DNA of 64,000 nt, from NCBI GenBank assembly GCA_963827235.1, contig CAWHAE010000009.1, positions 192,001-256,000 of the forward strand, read 5' to 3'. Both the position numbers and the translations under genes were made by a program. Position 1 is the first letter of the stretch. The number at the start of each line of letters is the position of its first letter. The DNA is from an uncultured bacterium. Its GTDB lineage: Bacteria > Chloroflexota > UBA5177 > JANWHV01. The notes under the pieces are model-generated. The model had not been told where the DNA came from. It searched no databases and saw only the letters and a program-made list of their open reading frames with translations. Positions 9,677 to 19,582 of the stretch are shown piece by piece.

Positions 9677-10999
9677 CTGCTAGCGCTTGATACGCCCGCA
9701 TCCCAGGAACCGATTGGCGAGCCTGGCCCGCAAGAGCCGCCGCTTCCACGGTCCGGGCCGTGGCGGCGCCTGCTGCCCGGACCCGGTCCCGTCCTCATGC
9801 TCGTTCTGCTGTGCACGCTGCTGACCCGCCTGATCTGGCTGCCGCAGCCGTCGGGCGCGCTGATCTTCGACGAGGCCTACTACGTGAATGCCGCCCGCGA
9901 CATCGCGGGCCTACCGGTGCCCGCCGGACAGCCCTACGCCGGACAGCCAACCGGCCGCGATCCCAACCAGGAGCATCCGCCACTCGGCAAGGTACTGATC
10001 GCCGGTTCGATACGCCTGCTCGGCGACGACGCACTCGGCTGGCGCCTGCCCAGCGTGATCGCCGGATTTGCCGCCGTGCTGTTGCTCTACGGCATCGCGC
10101 GAGCGGCAGGGGCCGATCCCTGGCTCGCGGTCACCGCCGCGGCGCTGTTCTCCGCCGACAACCTGTCGCTGGTGCACAGCCGCATCGGCACTCTCGACAT
10201 GATGCTGGTCGCGCTCCTGCTCCTGGGATCCTGGTTCGCGCTCCGCGGCCACCCTCTCCTGGCCGGCATGGCCTGCGCCCTTGCCTCCCTCGTCAAGCTC
10301 ACCGGCGTCTTCGGCCTGCTCGCCCTGGTCCTGCTAGAGATCGTGTCCGCGGCATGGGCCTGGAGGCGACAGGCTCACGGGTGGCTGCGTGCCCGCTTGC
10401 GCGCCGTGGGATTGCTCCTCGTCGGCTTTGCGCCCCTCTGGTTCTTCGGGCTCTGGCTGCTGGACGCGCGGTTCACCGGCTATCGCTTCCCCTGGGACCA
10501 CCTGCACTACATGCTGCGCTACGGCTTCGACCTGGCGCGCCCCGGCGGTCCCCAGGGACAGGAGAGCCAGCCCTGGCAGTGGCTGATCAACGAGGTGCAG
10601 ATGACCTACTTCCGTAGCGACCAACAGGTGATGGTGAACGGGCATCTGCTATCGGACCGTGCGGTGATCTTCTTCCGCGGGGCGATGAACCCTGCCATCA
10701 TCGGCGCCGCGTCCCTTGGCATCGCCTTCGCGTTCTGGCATGCCTGGCAACGCCGTGATCGGCTTTCTCTCTGGATCGTCACCTGGCTCGCGGCTACGTA
10801 TCTGCCGTTTTACCCCCTTGCCATGCTGGGGCACCGCATATCCTATATCTTCTACTTTCTGCCCTCGCTGCCGGCCGTCACGCTCGCCCTCGCCCTGCTC
10901 CTTTGCCGCGGCGGACTGCCGCGGCTCGTCGTCTGGAGCTACCTGATCGTGGTCCTGGTCGGGTTCATCGGCTACTTTCCATTCCGCACCATACCCTGA
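9677..10999 (+). CDS. pmt: Protein O-mannosyltransferase-like glycosyltransferase (GT39/PMT)
   Basis: IFDEAYYV, EHPPLGK, GWRL, SRIGTLD, SQPWQW, YIFYFLPSLP. Start is CTG 9677 (after GGAGG) or ATG 9797. Confidence 0.88.
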   Translation: MLALDTPASQEPIGEPGPQEPPLPRSGPWRRLLPGPGPVLMLVLLCTLLTRLIWLPQPSGALIFDEAYYVNAARDIAGLPVPAGQPYAGQPTGRDPNQEHPPLGKVLIAGSIRLLGDDALGWRLPSVIAGFAAVLLLYGIARAAGADPWLAVTAAALFSADNLSLVHSRIGTLDMMLVALLLLGSWFALRGHPLLAGMACALASLVKLTGVFGLLALVLLEIVSAAWAWRRQAHGWLRARLRAVGLLLVGFAPLWFFGLWLLDARFTGYRFPWDHLHYMLRYGFDLARPGGPQGQESQPWQWLINEVQMTYFRSDQQVMVNGHLLSDRAVIFFRGAMNPAIIGAASLGIAFAFWHAWQRRDRLSLWIVTWLAATYLPFYPLAMLGHRISYIFYFLPSLPAVTLALALLLCRGGLPRLVVWSYLIVVLVGFIGYFPFRTIP

Positions 11000-11088
11000 G
11001 GCGGCTGGAGAATCCCCGTTCCCCGCTCACCCGGGACTGCGGTCCCGCATCCGCTGCCATGACGCAATCGCAGGCTACCGTCCCCTGC

Positions 11089-12471
11089 TCAGCCGGCGGG
11101 GCTCGCCGAACCAAGCTCGTGCAGGATCAGGCCGTAGGCCCGCTTGGCGCGCTCGAAGCTGGCCAGGCGCAGGAACTCGTTCGGCGCGTGGAAGTTCTCG
11201 TCGTCCAGGCCGAAGCCGAACTCTACGGTCGGCGCGCCCAGGATGTTCAGGAACAGCTCGCAGACCGGGATGCTGCCGCCGGAGCGGGTGAGCAACGGCG
11301 TTGTGCCGTAGATCTGGGTCAGTACCCGCGCCGCCACCACGTTGCCCCAATGATCGGCCGCAATGGCATACGGCCTGGCCTGGTTCACCGGCATCTGCAC
11401 GCCGATCTTGACGCCCGGCACCCTCTGCCGCCGGATATGCTCGGCGATCAGCTGTACGATCTCGCTGGGTTCCTGGTTGGGCACCAGGCGGGACGTGATC
11501 TTGGCATGCGCCTCGCCCGGCAGCACCGTCTTCACTCCGTCGCCCTGGAAGCCTCCCCAGATGCCTGAGAACTCCAGGGTCGGGCGCACCCAGCGACGCT
11601 CCATCGGCGTGTAGCCGGGCTCGCCCGGCAGCGCGTCGATCTCCAGGCCGGCCATGAACTCCTGCTCGTCGAACGGGACTTCGGCCAGCGCCTTTCGCTC
11701 GGCGTCCGTGAGCTCGACCACCTTATCGTAGAAGCCCGGCACCAGAATGCGGCCGCCTTCGTCCCGCAGCGAGGCCAGAATCTGCACCAGGGCCGCAATC
11801 GGGTTCGCCACCGCGCCGCCGAAGATGCCCGAGTGGAGATCCTGCTTGGCGCCCTGCACGTCGATCTGTACGGTGCAAAGGCCGCGGCATGCCAGGCACA
11901 GGCTGGGCATATCCTCGCCGAACTGCCCGCCGTCCGCGCTCAGCACCATGTCGCAGGCAAACAGATCGCGTTGCTTGCGAAGAAACGGCGGCACGTCCGG
12001 GCTGCCGATCTCCTCCTGGCCCTCCAGGAAGAACTTCAGGTTGACGGGCACGCCGCCCTCCGACCGCAGCAGTGCCTCGACGGCCAGGATCGGTGCCAGC
12101 ATGTTGCCCTTGTCGTCGCTCGCTCCTCGCGCGTAGATGCGCCCGTCGCGTACCTGGGGCTCAAAGGGTGGGGTGGTCCACAGCGACACCGGATCTACCG
12201 GCTGCACGTCAAAGTGCCCGTAGATCAGCACGGTCGGCTTGCCCGGAGCGTGCAGGTAATCGGCGTAGACCACCGGATGGCCGGCGGTGGGCAGGACGCG
12301 CGCGTGCTCGGCACCCGCCGTCGTCAGGCGGGCGGCCACCCACTCGGCGGCCCGCCGCACATCGCCGGCGTGATCGGGCAGAGCCGAGACGCTCGGTATG
12401 CGCAGAAAGTCGACCAGCTCGTCCATGTGTCGCGACGCGTGCTCTTCCAGATAGGATTCCCATGCGGTCAT
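11089..12471 (-). CDS. M20/M25/M40 family dipeptidase
   Basis: YGHFDVQP, ARGASDDKG, EGQEEIGS, DLHSG, GGSIP, HAPNE. Confidence 0.95.
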   Translation of the reverse strand: MTAWESYLEEHASRHMDELVDFLRIPSVSALPDHAGDVRRAAEWVAARLTTAGAEHARVLPTAGHPVVYADYLHAPGKPTVLIYGHFDVQPVDPVSLWTTPPFEPQVRDGRIYARGASDDKGNMLAPILAVEALLRSEGGVPVNLKFFLEGQEEIGSPDVPPFLRKQRDLFACDMVLSADGGQFGEDMPSLCLACRGLCTVQIDVQGAKQDLHSGIFGGAVANPIAALVQILASLRDEGGRILVPGFYDKVVELTDAERKALAEVPFDEQEFMAGLEIDALPGEPGYTPMERRWVRPTLEFSGIWGGFQGDGVKTVLPGEAHAKITSRLVPNQEPSEIVQLIAEHIRRQRVPGVKIGVQMPVNQARPYAIAADHWGNVVAARVLTQIYGTTPLLTRSGGSIPVCELFLNILGAPTVEFGFGLDDENFHAPNEFLRLASFERAKRAYGLILHELGSASPAG

Positions 12472-12589
12472 CTCAGCGCTCCTTCATCCCTGCGTATCCC
12501 GTGGCATACTGCTTTCCTTTTCAGGATAGCGCGGCACTCCGAGGCCCCGCACACGGCCGAGAGCACATCCGGCCAGTCAGCCGATTCGT

Positions 12590-12635
12590 GAGTGCATGGC
12601 AGCTGTCCGTTTGGGCGGACGACTGCCATGCACTC
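12590..12635. terminator. Long hairpin downstream of the YhgE-like gene
   Basis: GAGTGCATGGCAG-ct-GTCCG / CGGAC-ga-CTGCCATGCACTC. Confidence 0.6.
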
Positions 12636-12732
12636 CGCACACCACTTCGAGGGTGTCAACTCCGAATGTTCACACTTACCGCGCCCGCAGTCGCAGGCCG
12701 ATCCCCCACCGCGCCGCGCATTGCGCCCGCGC

Positions 12733-14805
12733 TCAGGCGGTCGCCTCTTCCTCCGGCTGCTCGACCAGCTTTGGCTTGCCGGGTCGAAGCGCCTCGACTG
12801 CCGAGCTCACGCGCGGCGTGTAGAGCGCGATGCGCGACGAGCCGAACACCAGCAGCATCGCGGCACCCACTACCGTGTAGATGCACAATACGGGGATGGC
12901 CGAGCCGAAGTTGTGCCCACCGAAGTACAGCGTATTGCGCAGCAGGGTGTAGCCGGCGGCGTTCGGCAGCCAGGGCCCGATCGCCCGCCAGAATCCCGGC
13001 AGCATCTGCGGCGCGGCGATTCCGCCGGAGGACGGGTTCCCCAGCAGGATGAAGGCAATCAGCGCCACCTGCGTGCCGTACATGCCGATAAGCGCCTGCA
13101 GCCCGGCCGTGGCGCAGGCAGTCGAGAAGACCAGCAGAGTGCCGATCCCGGCCACCGCCCAGAAGTGCTCCGAGGGTATGGGGCCGAAAGCCAGGCCGAT
13201 GCCGGACCCTGCCAGGCCCGAGGCAACCGAACACAGGGCCAGCGCGCCGAGGCGAACCAGCGAGTGCTTGCGCGACCACTGCTTGAATCCGACGATGGTG
13301 GTCACCACCGTGGCCAGGAAGTAGCCGCCGAAAACCCAGCCGATCATCATGTACAGCGAGGACAGACCGGTGGAATCCTGCTGTCGCAGCGGCTTGGCGT
13401 CCGTGACCGTGACCGAGGCATGCTGCGCGGCGGCGAAGAGCTGGCCAAACTCCGCCAGCTCGTGGCTGGCCGTGAAGTTCACCGCGCCCGCCGTGTACAC
13501 GCGCACCGTGGTCAGCGCCTTCGGTGTCCCCGTCATCTGCGGTACCACGTCGAGCACCGTGACGCCGGCGTGCTCCGCGGCCGCGACCTGCCTCCCGGCC
13601 GTCGACACGATCTGGCCGACCGTGGTATCGACGGAGCTGGTGGTAAGGACCTGCACCGACGTCACTGGGCTGCCTGGCCCCGTGGCCACGCTCACTAACG
13701 AAGGCATCGCACGCAGCGTCGAAGCCACCTGCTGTCCGAATCCGGCCACGACCTGGCTCACTGTGTAGTCCAGGCTGGGAGCAGTGAGGATCTGCAGGGA
13801 GGTGAGGCTCTTCGTGGACGCCACCGGCTGCACGTCAACCACCGTGGCGGTGGCGTGCTGCCGGGCCGCAAACTGCTGCCCGAACCCGGCGATGAGCTGG
13901 CTCACCACGTAGTCGTTGCCTGAGGCGGTGAGGATTTGCACGCTGGTCAGGCTGGTGACCACCACGCCGCCGTCCACCGTCTTCGCGGCGATGGCGGATT
14001 TCAATGCCGTCGCACTGGGCAGCACGGTGACGCTGAACAGATGGTTGCTGGCGGCGCCGATCTGCTGGGCCAGCAGCGGCGCGATCAGTGGCGAGGCCAC
14101 GAGGCCGACCGGAATGGTAGCTGGGACCGACACCACCAGGCCGCCGTACACGACCTTCTTCGCCACGTCGGAGCGCAGGACCGCCACGCTGGCTTCGGGC
14201 CGCACGCTGACCAGGCCGCCGGAGGCCGCGCCGATCTGGCTATCGAGCGCCGATGCCATGAGCGAGGGAGCCACCACGCCGATTGCGATGTGCGCCGGCA
14301 GCGAGAGGCTGATACCGCCGTAAACCGTCTGCGAATTGATGTCCGCCTTGAGAGCGGCGGCACTCGACTCGACCCGCACCCTGAGCAGGCCGTTGCTCGC
14401 GCGCTCGATTCCCTGCGCCAGAGTAGCCGTCATGCTGACCGGCGCCGTGATGCCGATCGGGATGCTGCCGGGCACGCTCAGCACGATGCCGCCGTCGACC
14501 TGCTGATTCTCGATCGCGGACTGCAATGCCGTGCTGTCCGTCACTGCGCTGGCCTTGAGCTCGTGCTGGCTGGCCGTGTCGATGGCCGAGATGAGCGCGG
14601 CGCTCATGGAAGACGGGGCCACCACGCCGATCGGCATGTCCTGTGGCTTCGGGTCGTGAAGGGCCCCCACGTAGGAGGCCGAGAAGATCAGCGGCACCAC
14701 CACGCCCACCGCGAGGACGACCGCTGTGATCGGCGAGAACAAGGGGTGGCGCTTCTCGGCGCCGAGGCCGGATCGGCCTCTGCGGCCGGCAAACTGCAGG
14801 CTCAT
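12733..14805 (-). CDS. YhgE/Pip/DUF3533-like (ABC-2-type) membrane protein with four-fold nested ectodomain
   Basis: TM1 plus SYVGALHDPKPQDMPIGVV; C-terminal TMs with LLGNPSSGG..APQMLPGFWRAIGPWLP; repeats 4xA (55-58 aa) then 4xB (47-50 aa). Confidence 0.85.
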   Translation of the reverse strand: MSLQFAGRRGRSGLGAEKRHPLFSPITAVVLAVGVVVPLIFSASYVGALHDPKPQDMPIGVVAPSSMSAALISAIDTASQHELKASAVTDSTALQSAIENQQVDGGIVLSVPGSIPIGITAPVSMTATLAQGIERASNGLLRVRVESSAAALKADINSQTVYGGISLSLPAHIAIGVVAPSLMASALDSQIGAASGGLVSVRPEASVAVLRSDVAKKVVYGGLVVSVPATIPVGLVASPLIAPLLAQQIGAASNHLFSVTVLPSATALKSAIAAKTVDGGVVVTSLTSVQILTASGNDYVVSQLIAGFGQQFAARQHATATVVDVQPVASTKSLTSLQILTAPSLDYTVSQVVAGFGQQVASTLRAMPSLVSVATGPGSPVTSVQVLTTSSVDTTVGQIVSTAGRQVAAAEHAGVTVLDVVPQMTGTPKALTTVRVYTAGAVNFTASHELAEFGQLFAAAQHASVTVTDAKPLRQQDSTGLSSLYMMIGWVFGGYFLATVVTTIVGFKQWSRKHSLVRLGALALCSVASGLAGSGIGLAFGPIPSEHFWAVAGIGTLLVFSTACATAGLQALIGMYGTQVALIAFILLGNPSSGGIAAPQMLPGFWRAIGPWLPNAAGYTLLRNTLYFGGHNFGSAIPVLCIYTVVGAAMLLVFGSSRIALYTPRVSSAVEALRPGKPKLVEQPEEEATA

Positions 14806-14810
14806 GGTTG

Positions 14811-15506
14811 CTAGTCTCCCTCTGCTATGGATGACTGAGCGGGATGTCTCTCAATGCCGTTCAGGATGAGCTGAACGATCTGCTCACGGGCTCTGTCAAG
14901 CGCCTCGGTGGACGAGAAGTCCATGCCAGGGAAGTCGAGCTCGCTCTTGGGAACGAACCACTGGTGAAGCAGCGCGATATACAATGCGTCCGAGATCAGC
15001 ATGGGCATGTCGATTTCCTCGCGCAGCACGTGCGCGGCCTGTGCCTGGACCAGGAACAGGCTGGCCGGCCGCAGCCACCAGGACTGCTCGGTGTCCGCCT
15101 GTACCAGGGAGTAGGTGGACCAGCCCTCCGCTGCCTCCCAGGCCAGAATGCGCCTGTAGGTGACGTGCCGGAGGAAATAGTCGAAGACCCAGCGCAGCGT
15201 CGTGCCGAGCACCGCGCGCACCGTGTCCATCTCGCCCGCGGATGCCGTGCTGGACTCGAAAAGCGGGGCCAGGTCGCGGCCGAACGAGGCCTCCGTCGTG
15301 GCTTTGATGCGCAGCACCACGGCGCGATAGAGACCCAGCTTGTCCGTGAAATAGCGGAAGATCAGGCCGTTGTTGTAGCCCGATGCCGCCGCGATGGCCT
15401 CGATGCGCGCTCCGGCAAACCCATGCTGGGCGAAGGCTTCCTCGGCGGCGTTCAAGATAGCCGCCCGTGTGGCCTCCGGATCGCGGGGCCGGCCCTTTGC
15501 CGTCAT
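14811..15506 (-). CDS. TetR/AcrR family transcriptional regulator
   Basis: TRAAILNAAEEAFAQHGFAGARIEAIAAASGYNNGLIFRYFTDKLGLY; AAGGAGG RBS. Confidence 0.95.
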   Translation of the reverse strand: MTAKGRPRDPEATRAAILNAAEEAFAQHGFAGARIEAIAAASGYNNGLIFRYFTDKLGLYRAVVLRIKATTEASFGRDLAPLFESSTASAGEMDTVRAVLGTTLRWVFDYFLRHVTYRRILAWEAAEGWSTYSLVQADTEQSWWLRPASLFLVQAQAAHVLREEIDMPMLISDALYIALLHQWFVPKSELDFPGMDFSSTEALDRAREQIVQLILNGIERHPAQSSIAEGD

Positions 15507-15524
15507 CGCCGCTCCCTCCTTCGT

Positions 15525-15571
15525 AAGTAAGTAGATACCTACATACTATATCTTGCAAGAGCGGTTGTCAA
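15525..15571 (-). promoter_or_regulatory. Sigma70 promoter and probable TetR operator
   Basis: TTGACA (15571-15566)-17 bp-TAGTAT (15548-15543); imperfect palindrome AAGTAAGTAGATACCTACAT at 15525-15544. Confidence 0.75.
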
Positions 15572-15594
15572 GAGGGGGCGTCGGCCTTGCCGCC

Positions 15595-16857
15595 TTAGTC
15601 GCGCACAGAGAGCAGGCTCACGCTGCCGTCCGGCATCGGCGCGATGGACCGTTGCACGTGCCACGGCAGCAGGGCACCCAGCCACGACAAGACGGTCGCT
15701 CCCAGGCCACGCGTCCGGGGTTCGCCGCCCGCGTTGACGACATAGAGACGGTCGGTGCCGCGATCGACGGCCATGGCGGTGGGGGCCATGCCAACAGCAG
15801 TCGTCGCGACCACCCTACCGGCGCGCGCGTCCAGAATGCTGACGCTGCCGGCACCGGTGCTGTCCTGCTCCAGCACCATGACCCGCTCCGGCTGGCTTGT
15901 CGCAGCTACCCCGATCGGGACGCCGTCCAGGCGGATGGTGCGGACCAGCGCGCCGGTCCGCGCGTCGAGCACGCTCAGGCCGGCCTGGCCCGTGCCGGCA
16001 ACATACACGCGTGCATGCCGCGCGTCCAGCGCCACGCTCTCCGGCTGGTAGGCGAACGCATACGCGACGGAGAGGAGCGGCACGGTGCGCAGGCGGCTGC
16101 CCGTGCGCGCATCGAGCATGGTCACCGCGCCGGTGACGGCATCGGGCAGGAACACCCGGCCTGTCTGCTCGTCCACCACGATGGCGAAGGGTGCGCCGGC
16201 GAGCGACACCGTGTGCAGGAGTATGCCGCTACGCGCATCGAGCAGGTCGAGATGGACAGGGTTCCCCTCGCCAGCCAGCACGAACACGCGGGCCGTGCGC
16301 TCGTCCACGGCCACCGTGCCGGGGTAGAGCGGGTTCAACCAGGACGGCAGTGCAACCCGGCGCAGCAGGGCACCGGTGCGTGCATCGAGCACATCCAGGC
16401 CACCGGGCGCCGCATATGTCTCCTGCTCGAGCACGAAAACACGACTGCTGCGACGGTCCACGGCGACCGCAGTGGGGCCACCGCCCAGTCCGAGATGCGT
16501 CGTGCGCACCAGCGAGCCGCTCCGCGCATCGAGCACGCTCACGCTGTGGTCGGCCGTGTTGAGCACAAAGGTGCGTGCGCTCAGCTCGTCGACCGCCACC
16601 GCCAAGGGTCCCTTCCCGACAGCCACGGTCGCGCGCAGGCTGCCGCTCGTCGCATCCAGCACGCTGACCGTGTCATCCTGACTGTTGAGCACGAAGACGC
16701 GCCGGGTCTGCTCGTCGACGGCCACGGCCACTGGCTGCCGGCCCACCGTGACGGCAGACGGCGGCCCCGCCCGGCGCACGACCTGGCCAATCCCGCCGGC
16801 GAGCAGGGCCGCCAGCAGGACCGCCAGCAGGAGTGCCACGACCAGCCCGTGTCGCAT
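15595..16857 (-). CDS. YncE/YVTN beta-propeller repeat protein, exported or membrane-anchored
   Basis: N-terminal hydrophobic segment; about 7 repeats AVAVDE..RVFVL..VSVLDAR.G.L.RTV. Confidence 0.88.
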   Translation of the reverse strand: MRHGLVVALLLAVLLAALLAGGIGQVVRRAGPPSAVTVGRQPVAVAVDEQTRRVFVLNSQDDTVSVLDATSGSLRATVAVGKGPLAVAVDELSARTFVLNTADHSVSVLDARSGSLVRTTHLGLGGGPTAVAVDRRSSRVFVLEQETYAAPGGLDVLDARTGALLRRVALPSWLNPLYPGTVAVDERTARVFVLAGEGNPVHLDLLDARSGILLHTVSLAGAPFAIVVDEQTGRVFLPDAVTGAVTMLDARTGSRLRTVPLLSVAYAFAYQPESVALDARHARVYVAGTGQAGLSVLDARTGALVRTIRLDGVPIGVAATSQPERVMVLEQDSTGAGSVSILDARAGRVVATTAVGMAPTAMAVDRGTDRLYVVNAGGEPRTRGLGATVLSWLGALLPWHVQRSIAPMPDGSVSLLSVRD

Positions 16858-17481
16858 CCCCGTCCCCTCCCGTCGCACCTCTGGCCGCCCTCGCGAGCGC
16901 TGCGTTGCCCGCACTGTAGCCGACCACGCAGCGGGTTCTCGTGCGGCGGGATCGGGCCAACGCCGGCCACCGGTAACACCGTAGCACGGCACGAACGAAC
17001 AGGCGTAGTGCGACGAGCCCTGCCAGATACGTGCCGAGATGTGAGCATCAGAGGTGAGTCTAGCCAAGCAAGATCACCAGTGCGCGATCGCGGATCAGCG
17101 CTGCATCTTCATTCATCCAACTTGTAGCGTCGGCGCGCCAAAGCGGGGTGCAATGAGCTCGCTGTAGCGGTCCGATATTTGTTGCGCGCGGGCCAGCGTG
17201 TGCGACCAGCGAATGGGCACTTGCGGTCGCCGGTCTCGGCGCTGGTCCGGGTTTCGTCTACCTGTGCCTCAGGATTCGGCCCCTTGCACGGCCACTACCA
17301 CGAGGTTGATGATTATGCGCAGCCTACATACCTCACTTCGAGGAAGTGAGCAATGGGCGCCAAGTCGTGAGCGCGACCAAGAGAGGCAGATGGAGCTCCG
17401 ACCGATCAGCGGTCGATCCACCTGCGGCACCGCATGTGCGAGGCACGTGAAAGCGGCATTGAGCCGAGAACTCTCGGGCAG

Positions 17482-17610
17482 CTACATCGCTGTGGGCAGG
17501 ACACTCGGTTGCCACAGTACCGCCAGGCCGTACACGGTCAGGGCGACTGCGGCCACCTGCGCAACCCGACGACCGACCGGCAGAACCTTCTCGGCATAGA
17601 TGAGCGTCGC
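17482..17610 (-). pseudogene. Remnant of DUF2182-like metal-binding membrane protein C-terminus
   Basis: ATLIYAEKVLPVGRRVAQVAAVALTVYGLAVLWQPSVLPTAM*; in-frame stop shortly upstream. Confidence 0.55.
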
Positions 17611-17890
17611 GAGCGGCTTCACGTCGAAGATCGTGGTCGACGGCGACGCGCTCGTCGTCAGCTAGCCGGCGATCGGCGTGCAGCTCTGGTCGTCGAAGGC
17701 GCGGTCGCCCGCGTGCAATCCTACTCAGTGATCACGTTGCAAACCACAGCCGCGTGGAGAGGTGTACCAGACACGGCGGACACTCATCGCGCTGGGCGCG
17801 ACGCTCATCTGCCGGTCTACACGATTCCGGTTTTGTTTGCGTCTCTTATGCTCTGCGGCGTCAGTTTGTCCGGCTCGACGCTGGGGCGGT

Positions 17891-18787
17891 CTAGCGTGGT
17901 CTGGCTTCCAGAGAGCGCTGCATGGCTTCCAGGCGGGCAAGGCGGTGCTCGATGCTGGGATGTGTGCCAAACAGCTCGCCCATTCTGCTTCGTTTGGACT
18001 GCGAGACGATGTAGAAGGCGTGGAGTGGCTGCGCGGTGCGCAGATCCCGGGTTGGTATGTGCTGGATGACGTCGTTGACTTTGATCAGGGCCGAGCGCAT
18101 GTTGGCGGGCGTGCCAGTCAGGATCACGGCGCCCCGATCTGCCGCGTACTCACGGTAGCGAGACAGGGCACGCAAGAGGAAAAAGCTGATCAACCAGACG
18201 GCGAGAGAGATCAGGAACACCACGGCCAGCGGGTTTCTGCTGCCACCCCGGCCACCGAATCGGAGCCATCTGCCCCAATGCACCATGAAGGCCGCTACGC
18301 TGGCGAGGAGACTGGCATAGGTCATGACCATCATGTCCCGGTTGAGAATATGCGACAGTTCGTGTGCGAGCACGGCTTCCAGTTCGGCAGGTTCCAGCGT
18401 CTGCAGCAGGCCGCGGCTGACCGCGATCACGGCCCGCTTGGGACTTCGGCCCACGGCGAAAGCGTTGGGCACGCGGGTCTCGATCACGGCCAAGCGGGGA
18501 ACGCCCACGTTCGCCATCTGCGCGAGGCGAAGCACGATGCGACGCAGTTCGGGCTCCTCGTCATCGTTGAGTAGGCGCGCGTGGGTCGTGCGCAGCACGA
18601 GCACGTCTGAGGCGTAGAACTGGATCAGCAGTAGGCCGACGCCGGCGGCCACGAGCAGAATGGCGCTTCCGCAGAGATTCCAGAGGACGACCAGGAAGAC
18701 GGCGTAGAGAGCGGCGAGCAGGAACAGTGTGGCGCCAATGCGGAGGGTGAGTTGGGTGTCCCGACCGTACCAACGTGTGCTAGTCAT
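17891..18787 (-). CDS. htpX: Zinc metalloprotease HtpX (M48)
   Basis: PNAFAVGRSP, VLAHELSHI, LSRYREYAADRG, FGTHPSIEHRLARL. Confidence 0.93.
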   Translation of the reverse strand: MTSTRWYGRDTQLTLRIGATLFLLAALYAVFLVVLWNLCGSAILLVAAGVGLLLIQFYASDVLVLRTTHARLLNDDEEPELRRIVLRLAQMANVGVPRLAVIETRVPNAFAVGRSPKRAVIAVSRGLLQTLEPAELEAVLAHELSHILNRDMMVMTYASLLASVAAFMVHWGRWLRFGGRGGSRNPLAVVFLISLAVWLISFFLLRALSRYREYAADRGAVILTGTPANMRSALIKVNDVIQHIPTRDLRTAQPLHAFYIVSQSKRSRMGELFGTHPSIEHRLARLEAMQRSLEARPR

Positions 18788-19471
18788 GTCGCGTGGCGCG
18801 CTCGAGCGAGCCGCGTGCGGGCGGCTGCCGGTGACGCGCTCTCCTTTCTGCTTACGCTGGACACCGGGCGGCAGGCCGGCGTGGTTGTGGCCTTTCCTGC
18901 GAAAGACACTGCGGCGCGCTCTAATTGTAGGTCGGTGGGTGGGCTGCCGCAATGACCTACTCGGCCTGCGCGGTTTCCGATTGCCACGCAGGAGGGCAGA
19001 TGTCCCTACAGGACCTCTCTGGCCACGGTGGCCACGTGGGAGGTGCATTGGCTCTCGGCCAGATCATGGTTTGCAGGGTCGCGTGTCTACAAGCAACGGC
19101 TAACTATACATGTCGACAGGTCGGGGCAGGAACGGTTCCCTGGCCCATCAGAAGCGTGAACTTGGCGTCCAGTAAGTGAGTGGTACGAGCGCAAGCTCGC
19201 ATCAACGAGGTGTTGTTCCGCCTCGCATGATGTCAACTGCGGGCGCCAAGGTTCGCATTGTCCCCGCGTGGAAGCTCATGTTCCACCTGCTAGCGGTCCA
19301 GTCAAATCAACCAGTCCTGGAGCACGAGACCCGATATGCGCCCAAATTCGCGGGTATTGTGTGTCACAAGTGTGGCGGACGCCGCGAGAGCGATAGCGGC
19401 AATAGGGCCCAGAATAAGCGTTTCTGTCACCAAGTGCAAAGTATCTTGATAGGCTAAAGGCTCAAGGTTGG

Positions 19472-19561
19472 TCAGACGGGGAAGCGGCTGATGACGTTGT
19501 TATACTCCTCCTGGGCGTCTTCGAGCGCAAGACGGGTGTAGATCTCCAGAGACTGCCGGTA
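19472..19561 (-). pseudogene. C-terminal remnant of a tyrosine recombinase
   Basis: [29 protein letters not shown] resembles the box II catalytic-Tyr tail of transposon-borne tyrosine recombinases. Confidence 0.65.
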
Positions 19562-19582
19562 AATGGAGGAGCGTAGGACCGG

